Virus record (IMG/VR): IMGVR_UViG_3300024999_000005
Reading direction: 5' to 3' (one strand)
Length of the DNA: 25,302 nt
From: an uncultured virus (IMG/VR IMGVR_UViG_3300024999_000005)
Taxonomy: Duplodnaviria > Heunggongvirae > Uroviricota > Caudoviricetes
The position numbers were made by a program, and so were the translations under genes. Below the pieces are notes generated by a model, which was not told where the DNA came from, made no database searches, and worked only from the letters and a program-made list of their open reading frames with translations. Each line of letters opens with the position of its first letter. The stretch's first letter is position 1. Positions 9,109 to 17,483 of this stretch are shown in pieces.

Positions 9109-12100
9109 TTAACCGTTATAAAGTTTAATTGTGCGGTAAGGCGGATTAAAAGTTACCCCGTTATCGTCAGTCAACAGCGGAGTCGTGACACAAAGCTGCT
9201 GTGATGCAAAATACTGTTTGGCAGAAGTAATTTTCATATTTGCATCATAATGCGGATGCGGTCCCTCAATGGTGAACGGACTGCCAACACCAAGGCGAGT
9301 TTTGTTCATTGCGCCAAGTAGGAGGCGCTTGTCACCTGCTGCCCACGGAGAGTTGACTTCTCCAAGCTGCACACCGTTTCTGGTGGCAATGTACGGTCTA
9401 CCACTTAACAGGTTAGTGCCTGCAGGCAAGCGAGAGTTATAAAACAGTTCAGCAGAAGTAATATTCACCATGGCATTTAGCGAACCGAGCGCAAAGTTAG
9501 GAGTAACGTATCTCGGAGCACTGCCCATGTAAGCCTTTTCATAATCGAACTGCTCAACCAAGCGGTTAAAATACTTAGCACGGTCAACGCCGGGCGGTAC
9601 GGTGATATTAAAGAAACTCACGTTAGTTGTATAGGCATAAGAGATTGTCGGAAGGTGCGTTCCATCAACACCAGAAGCGGCAGTAAAATACACAAGTGCA
9701 TTCTCAAAGTCTACCGCATAATGTGGGGTCGTCCTGGTTTGTCTTGCAGGGTCAAATTTAGCTTTAATTTGTCCCGCAATAGGATCCCAGACACCTTCCA
9801 CTAGGGTATTAAGGCCAAGTACAACAGTTATCGGGTTGGTTGTGGTATATACCTTTTTGCCGGTGTGGTCGATGTAGTGCTTTTTCCTTGGTCTCACGAC
9901 AGGAGGAACCATTGCACCAATTGCGGTTGTAGCGTATCCGACAAGTAGAGACACAACAAAAGCGGCATTTGTACCAAGAGGAGCGTTTATGCCAGATCTA
10001 ACCGCTGTGATCTCGTCTGCAGTTACTACCTCGTCAATTACCGATACAGCCAAGTATTCATCGGCAGTCATCAACATTTCAGTGCTCATCTTCTGGTCAG
10101 TCAAGCGAGTGAAGCGCTTAGTCAGGTTTGCAAGGTTACGGGCTAATACGTCATAGTTAAACGGACCGCTCATTAGCTCTACCACTGATTCCCTAGAAAC
10201 AACAGTGCCGCGCTTCAGCCATTCAGCACCGAATTCTAGGGTTGAAGTTGCAGTTCCTTCGGTTTCAATACCTTCATATTCGCCTGTCGCAAAGTCATCT
10301 TGCGAATATAGATCAGCGCTTTCAATTTCCATCAGCACCTTCATGGTTGTGCCACTGAATGGTTCAGTCATAACAAGTTGCAGGAAATGTAAGTCTTGCC
10401 ATACCTGCTGCAAAATTGCGCTGGAAATAATTGACGCTTGCGAAAAGTCACCGGTTGCACTAAGAGCAGAGTCGGTAATAGCACCCTCATCATTAATTGC
10501 CTGGGCACTGTCAGTCAGGGATTTCATATGCTTAATAAAATCTGGGTGGTTTTCATTTTCCATGCGTTGCAGTAGTCGGTCAAGGATAGCTTTATTAGCT
10601 TTTCTCAACTCAGGATCGGGTAATACGCCGGTTTTGATTCTAAGATGATCGTCAAAAGCTAACATCAACTTATCGACAATCGGTTGCCACGGTTGAGCTG
10701 CGGCACCTGGCACCACATCAACAACAGTCGTAGTTTTTGCCTGAGTCTGGAAGCCAAGGTTTTCTAGCCTTGCGCCTACCTGCAGGGAGTCAACGAACGC
10801 TTGCTCCTGTGCGATAAAGCCGAGTACCTGTGTAGCGTCGGTGATAACAGCCTCACCTTTTTTAATTAGAGCATCCTTAATCTTTTGGTCATAAGGCAAA
10901 ACTGCCACGGCGTCAGTCAGGGCCTGTGTTGCTGCTTCCTTGGCCTGCGCTGCAACCTCTTGGGCTCTACGGGTTTCATCTGCCTGTCTAAGGACATTTA
11001 ATTCATCGGTAACGGCACTACTGTTTTCGGCAATTTCTTTGAGTCTAATAGCCTCATCACATAATGCCATTTCCTTGTGGCCGGCGTTGACATTCTTCCA
11101 ATTTTTCAATTCATTAAGAGACATTGAGAGAAAATTCATCTGGTTATCGTCCTCCTTTAGAGAATCGCATATTTCTTTTATTGCAGCGTCGGCCAGGGGA
11201 ACTGGTGCGGAAAATGCTAGGGATTCCCCGGGATTCATAACAACATCCCAGCCGTATAAAGTTAGACTAACCGGCACTTCCACATTGCGGTTATTAACTT
11301 TTCTGGTTACCAAGGGGCCTGTCATGCGATTTGAAAGACCGACTGGTTTACCTGCGTCAATTAACGCTTGAACCATTCGGCCTCTAGGGAATTCAGCCAA
11401 TGGCTTATACTCAACCATTACAATGCCATCGTCCGTGATATATGCGTCACGGTAAACTACCGCTTGATTTTCAAGTACCGATTCAAACATCACAGCACCA
11501 GTTTTAGTCCTATATGATTTAGGATGTGGATTTTCCCCTGCATAAGGAAAATTTGCTTGTTTTAATTCTGCTAGTGCAGGAGCATATATGGGACGCGGAT
11601 AGAGTCGCAAATTGTCATTGATTGCGTCCACCTTACTGGCAGGTTGACGATACCATCCGGACGGTTTGCCTGTGGCATCAACTATCGGCTGTGCCATCGA
11701 CAGGCAAATATCTCGGGTCTCTCCCGTTGAATCGGTAATAGTGGCGTGCTGCGCGTCAGTCATCGGTCCAGCGGTTACGGTTACTGTGGCGTTTTCCATC
11801 TGAAAACCAACACGATTAGCTTCTGCCAGTGCTTCCGCTTCCTTTTCTGCTGCCCGTTCCACTGACCACGCCCCGTTAATCATCCGTGCTTTCATGTCTA
11901 GCGCCTCGTAGTATATCCTCCGGTCCATTTCTGTCAGAGGTGCTACAGTCAACTTCTTTTTAATCACCAACAAGGCCATAGCAGAAGTGCAGTTGATTAT
12001 TTCAGCCATCTGAGGGTCATCAGCCAAAGCGTCGGTTACGGTTGTTTCCTCTGTCGCTGCGTCATTAGCGTTATCGACTATTACCTGATCCTCGCCGGAC

Positions 12101-12183
12101 TTAAATCCGATTTTATTTCTATTTTCACCAGGCTCCAGGCTATCCAAAATAGCCACTTCCCAGTCGTTATCTGGTATTTTCAT
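9109..12183 (-). CDS. Prohead protease-scaffold-major capsid polyprotein
   Basis: 1024 aa. T4 gp21-type protease motifs DAINDNLRLYP, GENPHP, VGLSNR and WDVVMNPG (~11215-11680); Ala/Glu-rich coiled-coil scaffold; C-terminal HK97-fold capsid-like region (LVMTEPFSGTT, AEWLKRGTVVSRESVVEL). No other capsid gene lies between the portal and neck genes. Confidence 0.88.
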   Translation of the reverse strand: MKIPDNDWEVAILDSLEPGENRNKIGFKSGEDQVIVDNANDAATEETTVTDALADDPQMAEIINCTSAMALLVIKKKLTVAPLTEMDRRIYYEALDMKARMINGAWSVERAAEKEAEALAEANRVGFQMENATVTVTAGPMTDAQHATITDSTGETRDICLSMAQPIVDATGKPSGWYRQPASKVDAINDNLRLYPRPIYAPALAELKQANFPYAGENPHPKSYRTKTGAVMFESVLENQAVVYRDAYITDDGIVMVEYKPLAEFPRGRMVQALIDAGKPVGLSNRMTGPLVTRKVNNRNVEVPVSLTLYGWDVVMNPGESLAFSAPVPLADAAIKEICDSLKEDDNQMNFLSMSLNELKNWKNVNAGHKEMALCDEAIRLKEIAENSSAVTDELNVLRQADETRRAQEVAAQAKEAATQALTDAVAVLPYDQKIKDALIKKGEAVITDATQVLGFIAQEQAFVDSLQVGARLENLGFQTQAKTTTVVDVVPGAAAQPWQPIVDKLMLAFDDHLRIKTGVLPDPELRKANKAILDRLLQRMENENHPDFIKHMKSLTDSAQAINDEGAITDSALSATGDFSQASIISSAILQQVWQDLHFLQLVMTEPFSGTTMKVLMEIESADLYSQDDFATGEYEGIETEGTATSTLEFGAEWLKRGTVVSRESVVELMSGPFNYDVLARNLANLTKRFTRLTDQKMSTEMLMTADEYLAVSVIDEVVTADEITAVRSGINAPLGTNAAFVVSLLVGYATTAIGAMVPPVVRPRKKHYIDHTGKKVYTTTNPITVVLGLNTLVEGVWDPIAGQIKAKFDPARQTRTTPHYAVDFENALVYFTAASGVDGTHLPTISYAYTTNVSFFNITVPPGVDRAKYFNRLVEQFDYEKAYMGSAPRYVTPNFALGSLNAMVNITSAELFYNSRLPAGTNLLSGRPYIATRNGVQLGEVNSPWAAGDKRLLLGAMNKTRLGVGSPFTIEGPHPHYDANMKITSAKQYFASQQLCVTTPLLTDDNGVTFNPPYRTIKLYNG
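11137..11157 (-). promoter_or_regulatory. Internal in-frame RBS plus ATG in the capsid polyprotein gene
   Basis: AAGGAGG (11157-11151), 11-nt spacer, ATG at 11139 = codon 349, right after the protease domain. Confidence 0.6.
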
Positions 12184-12211
12184 AATATCCCCCTTTCGTA
12201 GTTTCTGGTTG

Positions 12212-12244
12212 TTAGTTATTAGTCGGCGCCCTTACCTGCTTCAA
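12212..12244 (-). CDS. Putative 10-aa leader uORF MKQVRAPTNN
   Basis: GGAGGTG, 6-nt spacer, then TTG AAG CAG GTA AGG GCG CCG ACT AAT AAC TAA; ends 28 nt before the capsid ATG. Confidence 0.5.
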   Translation of the reverse strand: MKQVRAPTNN

Positions 12245-12261
12245 TTCAATCACCTCCGGAC

Positions 12262-12295
12262 AAAATAAAAAGCCCGCCACCGAAGTGAAGGCTTT
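12262..12295 (-). terminator. Rho-independent terminator
   Basis: AAAGCC-TT-CAC-TTCG-GTG-GCG-GGCTTT-TTATTTT: UUCG-capped stem followed by a U-tract. Confidence 0.75.
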
Positions 12296-12312
12296 GATTA
12301 ACTAACTAAATG

Positions 12313-12573
12313 CTATTTCTTTTTAAACTTCTCTGCCATCTTCTCTCTGCCTGCGGCTATCTCGTCTGCCGCTTTAGCGAATCCCTGAGCTATCTCATAA
12401 AATGCGGAGGCCATAATTCTTGCCTCATATTCCATCTCGTCAAGGCCAAGTCCCAGCCGAAAATTAAGCTTGTCCATGCCCAAAACCTGCGGATGATCTG
12501 ATCTGCTTTTCTTCTGTGTTGCTTCGTTTTCGGCTTTTATTTTCTTAAATTTTTCATGTATATTGTCCGGCAA
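12313..12573 (-). CDS. Hypothetical protein (moron-like) between portal and capsid genes
   Basis: 86 aa, TTG start with AAGGGGG RBS; has its own extended -10 upstream and a terminator downstream. Confidence 0.75.
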   Translation of the reverse strand: MPDNIHEKFKKIKAENEATQKKSRSDHPQVLGMDKLNFRLGLGLDEMEYEARIMASAFYEIAQGFAKAADEIAAGREKMAEKFKKK

Positions 12574-12605
12574 TAACTTCTCCCCCTTATGCCCAACATA
12601 CCGTC

Positions 12606-12614
12606 ATTATACCA
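12606..12614 (-). promoter_or_regulatory. Extended -10 SigA-type promoter element
   Basis: TGGTATAAT matches TGnTATAAT, ~32 nt upstream of the 86-aa ORF; no good -35 seen. Confidence 0.6.
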
Positions 12615-12619
12615 CAAAT

Positions 12620-14863
12620 TTATGACATAATGGGTAGAAGTGTACAGCGACATTGCGGATGTTTTGGTATGTCGGGAGCATCGTCGATATCATAGATATT
12701 ACCGTCAAGTGCCCGACATATTGGACACGTCCTCGCGTCTCTTGCGGCACTCCATTCTACCCGTTCAACCCCTGCACCTTTATAATGCGCCTTTGTTGAC
12801 TGATTATAGGCCCACATCATCTCTGTTCTTGCTATTACCACCGCCCTGACAGATTGAGCAGTATTAAATACTTTGTCTATGCGTGCAGCTATCTTTAAAG
12901 CACCTTCACCAGCCATATAGCCTTCGACTAAAGCGACTCTTATCTGCTCCCGTGTTGTGTCACCAATACCTTTTATCCGCTCGCCTGTCTCGTTATAGAC
13001 GCGGTTAAAGATATCTTCAGTCAGCAGCTTAAACTCTAAACCTAACTGAATGTAGGCATATTCACCGCCAAGAGTTGACGCTGTTTTATAAAAAGGTGAC
13101 ATAGCGTTTAAGTATAGTGCAGTCTCGTCAATCCATGCACTATCGAAGCTATCAATAATCTTTTGCGTAGCTTTGTACGCTGCGTCTTCGTCGGTAGTGC
13201 TATCTTCAGCAGCGTCAGCTACTTCCTGCTCCTGCTCCTGCTCAGCTATCTTTTTTTTTAGCTTTTTATGAACGTCGGCAAATAGTTTTTTGGTTTGTTT
13301 TAAAACCTTAGCCTCAAGCTTGTTTATTTTATCCTCTTGAAACCCATCTGCCCACTCCTGAGCATCAGTGATGTAACTATGACCACAACCGTCAGCTAAA
13401 TGCTCCTCCCTTGGTTCCAATATCGGAGGCATGCCTGCCAGTAAAGCCAGTGCTGCTTTATTCTCCTCGTCAATCGCTGCTAACTCCTCGTCCACGCTCT
13501 CAACATCGAAGTCGTTAGCGATAGACTGCAGTGCTGTCCTTCTGCTCAACAACTTGCCCCTCATAACCTTAAGAACACGGTCTATCCTGTCCTTTGTCGG
13601 TTCATTACTCTTATCACTCCAGCGTATGTTATAGCTCACTGAGTCAGGGTTAATGCCCTGCAATAGTAGCGCAAAGTCGAATATATCCCGGAGCCCTGAA
13701 AAAGCTCCAGAATCTCCATACTCCAGAGAGTCGGTTAACTGCTCAAGGCTTTTCTCATATTCTTTGTACTGATCTTCTAGTACATCGCGGTTAATATCCT
13801 CCGCAAAGCCCAGTAGACCCTTAGGAACGCCTAGACGCAAAAAAGCCATGTTGAGCAGATAAATAATATCCGCTATCTCATGTAGCTTGGCGTCACCGTC
13901 CAAGTTCTTGATGTCCGTTAGACCATTGCCGTAGTAGTCAGTTGTAACTTTAAACTTACTACTACCAAGGGAATTTTTCTTTTTATATTCCTCCACCGCG
14001 TCCCAATTCTGGGGCTTATCCTTATTCCCTACTGTATGAAGTCTTCTCTGTGGCGCTCTTGTTCTGCGCCTAACAACCAAGTCCTCTTCCGTCATCTGCA
14101 GCTTTTTAACCAGGCTTCGGATCTGCTTATATTGGCTATTTCCGTAAACATCACCGTCAGTATGGTCCCACCTGATATGGTTCATCTGCCATAGTGCAAA
14201 ATGTCTTGATGCACTGTCCGGTATGCCAGCAAACAATGAAGCAACATGCATGGCAGGGTCTAGCTGGCTAAATGCTTGGTTAATATCGATAAACTGCCCA
14301 CGGTCATCAACGTTGCGCTTCATTGTGACTGGCGGCACTCTGCGAATATCGACAATAGTATTATCCCTCATATCAACAATGACGTTGAGCATAAGATCGC
14401 CGTCTGACACTAACCGCTTAGCCCAGCCGTTAACTTTAGCATTAACCTTTGCGGTTTTCACCAGGTCGTTAAGTATCTGCTGCGCTCGATTTGCCGTAGC
14501 GTTGGATCGTGCTTTTGTCGCACCGGGTCGCGCTTTTTTGTTTTTGGCCTGTATATCAGCAGATGCACCCGACACGACTACCGTTATGCCTCCCCGCGTT
14601 GCAGCGTTAGCCATACGCTTATTGGCCTCAGCGACTCGCGGATCCTCGTCAAGCAGTCTTTGCACATCAGCAAGCACAGATCGTCTGTCGTTTTCAACCT
14701 TGAAAATGTCGTAGTTGAACAGACTTTCCGATTGTGCCTGACTAGCTACCTCGGAGTAGCGATCTGATTGTATTGGCTCAACTTCTGCGGTTGGCTTTGA
14801 TTTCTTAAATAATGAGGTTATGGCAGAAGTAAACTTATCTATAATCATCATAGTAATCATCAT
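12620..14863 (-). CDS. Portal protein (T4 gp20-like) fused to SPP1 gp7/MuF-like minor head domain
   Basis: Follows TerL. LQMTEEDLVVRRRTRAPQRR resembles the T4 gp20 EDAVVIYRITRAPERR motif; C-terminal RAVVIARTE, DARTCPICRALDG and PKHPQCRC are canonical gp7/MuF motifs. Confidence 0.88.
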   Translation of the reverse strand: MMITMMIIDKFTSAITSLFKKSKPTAEVEPIQSDRYSEVASQAQSESLFNYDIFKVENDRRSVLADVQRLLDEDPRVAEANKRMANAATRGGITVVVSGASADIQAKNKKARPGATKARSNATANRAQQILNDLVKTAKVNAKVNGWAKRLVSDGDLMLNVIVDMRDNTIVDIRRVPPVTMKRNVDDRGQFIDINQAFSQLDPAMHVASLFAGIPDSASRHFALWQMNHIRWDHTDGDVYGNSQYKQIRSLVKKLQMTEEDLVVRRRTRAPQRRLHTVGNKDKPQNWDAVEEYKKKNSLGSSKFKVTTDYYGNGLTDIKNLDGDAKLHEIADIIYLLNMAFLRLGVPKGLLGFAEDINRDVLEDQYKEYEKSLEQLTDSLEYGDSGAFSGLRDIFDFALLLQGINPDSVSYNIRWSDKSNEPTKDRIDRVLKVMRGKLLSRRTALQSIANDFDVESVDEELAAIDEENKAALALLAGMPPILEPREEHLADGCGHSYITDAQEWADGFQEDKINKLEAKVLKQTKKLFADVHKKLKKKIAEQEQEQEVADAAEDSTTDEDAAYKATQKIIDSFDSAWIDETALYLNAMSPFYKTASTLGGEYAYIQLGLEFKLLTEDIFNRVYNETGERIKGIGDTTREQIRVALVEGYMAGEGALKIAARIDKVFNTAQSVRAVVIARTEMMWAYNQSTKAHYKGAGVERVEWSAARDARTCPICRALDGNIYDIDDAPDIPKHPQCRCTLLPIMS

Positions 14864-16367
14864 CCTCTAACTCGTCGTAGCTGTGCTCTTCTGATTCACC
14901 AATTGGAACGGCAAAATTACCAGCCGCTCTGGTCAGATAGCCTAAGGCCTTCATAAAGTCGTCATGTCCTTCTGTTTCCGACACGAAAAACTTTAACTTC
15001 TGGTGGGCCTTAATCTCGTACTTGCATTGCCCTGCTTGCTCCCAAAACTCTTTGTATTCCTCGCTGCCATCGTCGGCAAACATTTTCAAGAGTCCGGTGT
15101 TGGCTTTTGCAAGTATCGCAAAGCCGTCGTCACTGTTGGTTATGTCTGTTGACTGGTGCTCTTCTACTGCATTGTACTTTTTGGCTAACCACGATGTTAT
15201 GTCAGCACCAATGCCGCGCGCATCAGATACAACAAATTCTGGTTTCCATAGATTTAGATCGGCCAATAGTTCTAATTTCTGAGTGTCGAAGTCATGACCA
15301 GTTCTGTAAGTAATCTCAACAATCTTAATTAGCGGGTCCTGATTAATTTCGTCACATACCGAAAAATCTAGCTCTCCGATAATATGTACTGTACTGTCTT
15401 TTTTGGGCTTTAGTCCTCTTAGTACCGCATCCTGAGCCTCTTCATCCTTACCGGCTATGTCAATGGCCGATATGTAACGTCTACCCGGCTTTGGTTTGTG
15501 GTATCGCTCATGCTCGCCCTGTAATTTTGCCTTTTGCTGTTCGTTTAGAAACTTACCTGCAGCGGCAATAGCTTTGAGTAGGTACTGGGTTTGTATGATT
15601 GGGTGACCTAACCCAAGACGCTCAACCTCACGGTTAAAATACGTCTTATAATCCGGGTTATGCTTGGATACCTCGTGAGCGTCATACTCGAAGTGGTACC
15701 GCTCCTGCGCTGGCAAGTCTTCTACTCTGCAGTTTAGTTCCTTTGCTCGCTTTTTGTCCTTCTTAATATTTATCTGCCGCTGCTTTTCAAGCATATTATC
15801 AGTGTCCCAAGCAGTTCCCCAAAACACTGTAGTAACAGCTTTGTTGGCGCCCATCGGAGCAAAGTCCTTATCGTACTTCTGTTGATTGACGTCCTGAGCT
15901 TCGTCAATCTCAAGAAGCAAATCGGCGGTGGCACCCACAACCTTAGCATTTGGTTCAGCTGAGAAGAAAGCAACCCTAGACTTGCCAAGGACAATCATAA
16001 AACCAAATTCGCCTTTAAAAGCTTTTTTCGTAAGAGAATTGTCCAAGACATCTTTGACACGGATTATACTGTTTACGATCTGCGGCTTCCAGGTCGGGGC
16101 TGCTTTAACGATAATACTGCTGCGACGCTTGTTTTTGGTCAACAAAAAACCCTCTAGCTGTGCTGAGGATTCGTTTTTACCGCTCTGGCGAGACATCATA
16201 ACTGTGATGATTTTGGCCTTTTTATTTTCTACTGAGTCAATAATGCAGAGTAACGGGTCAACTTGGTACGGCCTTAGGGGCTTGGTTTTCCTTAATCTGC
16301 GGGAGTAGTTGCGAATGTCTTTTATGACGTGTTTAACGAATTGCCGCTTCTTTTCCCGCTCATCCAT
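14835..16367 (-). CDS. terL: Terminase large subunit
   Basis: RPYQ motif, Walker A MSRQSGKN, Walker B LLLEIDEAQ, nuclease motifs ISAIDIAG, DARGIG and HDD. Confidence 0.95.
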   Translation of the reverse strand: MDEREKKRQFVKHVIKDIRNYSRRLRKTKPLRPYQVDPLLCIIDSVENKKAKIITVMMSRQSGKNESSAQLEGFLLTKNKRRSSIIVKAAPTWKPQIVNSIIRVKDVLDNSLTKKAFKGEFGFMIVLGKSRVAFFSAEPNAKVVGATADLLLEIDEAQDVNQQKYDKDFAPMGANKAVTTVFWGTAWDTDNMLEKQRQINIKKDKKRAKELNCRVEDLPAQERYHFEYDAHEVSKHNPDYKTYFNREVERLGLGHPIIQTQYLLKAIAAAGKFLNEQQKAKLQGEHERYHKPKPGRRYISAIDIAGKDEEAQDAVLRGLKPKKDSTVHIIGELDFSVCDEINQDPLIKIVEITYRTGHDFDTQKLELLADLNLWKPEFVVSDARGIGADITSWLAKKYNAVEEHQSTDITNSDDGFAILAKANTGLLKMFADDGSEEYKEFWEQAGQCKYEIKAHQKLKFFVSETEGHDDFMKALGYLTRAAGNFAVPIGESEEHSYDELEDDDYYDDYR

Positions 16368-17442
16368 CAGTCAAACCCTCTTCTTCTAGAACTTCGTCTA
16401 GAATATCCCCTAGCTCGCCTCCGCCACCTTGCGCCTTTGCAACGTCTGCTTTCAGTTTTTCAACACGTAACCGATGCTCTTCAACCACCAGGCCCTTAAG
16501 CTCATGACGATCTACCATGTCCTCATAACGCAAAATAAGACCGTCTATGGTCTTAATAGCTGCGCTTTGCGCTTTAAGGAAACTTGCGTGCTTGTCCCAG
16601 GCGTATTGGAATTCCCATTCCCGCTCGTTAATCACTTCAATGCTCTCACCGTTTTTACTAACTTTTCCAAGATTACTACCCTTGACTTGTTTCAAGTGTT
16701 TTGTTATGTCCTCCTGGTTTCGGACAAACATAATCTTCTGCGCTCTGGCTATAGCTGTATACTGAATTACTATCTGATCCCAAAGTATATCCATCGGGCT
16801 TTTAGTGTTTATAGCCTCATATATCTCCCTGGTTTCCTCGTCATCGGGAAATATTTTTGCAAAGAAGCCATGTTTAACGGCATTCTGATTTCCCTTCTGC
16901 CCTCCTGCTCCCGGAGCTCCGCCGTGCATCCAACAAACCCTCTTGCCTCGTTCTACTGGATTTTTGCATTGACTACCGTCCCGGTTATGGCCGGAACATG
17001 TTTGAGACGAATCAGGATCAGAAAGAATAGCTCGTCGCTCTCTCCGAACCTTGCCTAATTCTTTATATTCTTCCGGAGTCACTTCCTCGGGTGGGATACT
17101 CTCCAACTCTTCTTTTCTCAGTTCGAGTTGCTTTAAGTAGGCCTTCAGTTTGTCGTCTGGCCAGTCAGTAAACTGCTGCTTTATCTTCTCCCAGGCATGA
17201 AGGTCCTTTTGTTTCGTTTCACTTTTTTGTTCTTTTTTCTGTTGCGTTTTGTTGCGTTTTTCTGTTGCATTTTGTTGCGTTTCTGGCTGGTCTTCGGACT
17301 CCTTTTTGAGCTTTCCAAACTCTCGCCTAACCGCTACAGGGTGAAGACCTTTTTTCTCCGCAAACTCAGCAACGTTTTTATATCTACCCTGGTTGTACTC
17401 CAGGAATAACTTTCTCCAGTTGTGCTTTGCTACGCGTCCCAC
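16360..17442 (-). CDS. terS: Terminase small subunit
   Basis: N-terminal HTH; C-x9-C-x10-C-x2-HGG segment (HGGxSTG-like); GGQKGNQNAVKHGFF; EREWEFQYAWDKHASFLKAQS typical of Firmicute TerS; overlaps the TerL start. Confidence 0.9.
   Translation of the reverse strand: MGRVAKHNWRKLFLEYNQGRYKNVAEFAEKKGLHPVAVRREFGKLKKESEDQPETQQNATEKRNKTQQKKEQKSETKQKDLHAWEKIKQQFTDWPDDKLKAYLKQLELRKEELESIPPEEVTPEEYKELGKVRRERRAILSDPDSSQTCSGHNRDGSQCKNPVERGKRVCWMHGGAPGAGGQKGNQNAVKHGFFAKIFPDDEETREIYEAINTKSPMDILWDQIVIQYTAIARAQKIMFVRNQEDITKHLKQVKGSNLGKVSKNGESIEVINEREWEFQYAWDKHASFLKAQSAAIKTIDGLILRYEDMVDRHELKGLVVEEHRLRVEKLKADVAKAQGGGGELGDILDEVLEEEGLTDG
17240..17282. repeat. Four copies of TGTTGC(G/A)TTT inside terS (candidate pac boxes)
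   Basis: Copies at 17240, 17250, 17263 and 17273; degenerate copy TGTTTCGTTT at 17210. Confidence 0.8.
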
Positions 17443-17483
17443 ATCACCTCACCTTCAATTCTTCTGTTGTGTTATCTTTTTTT

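Noticed and set aside
17240..17282. CRISPR-like array
   Set aside because: Units are 10 bp, lack spacers and lie inside a coding gene.
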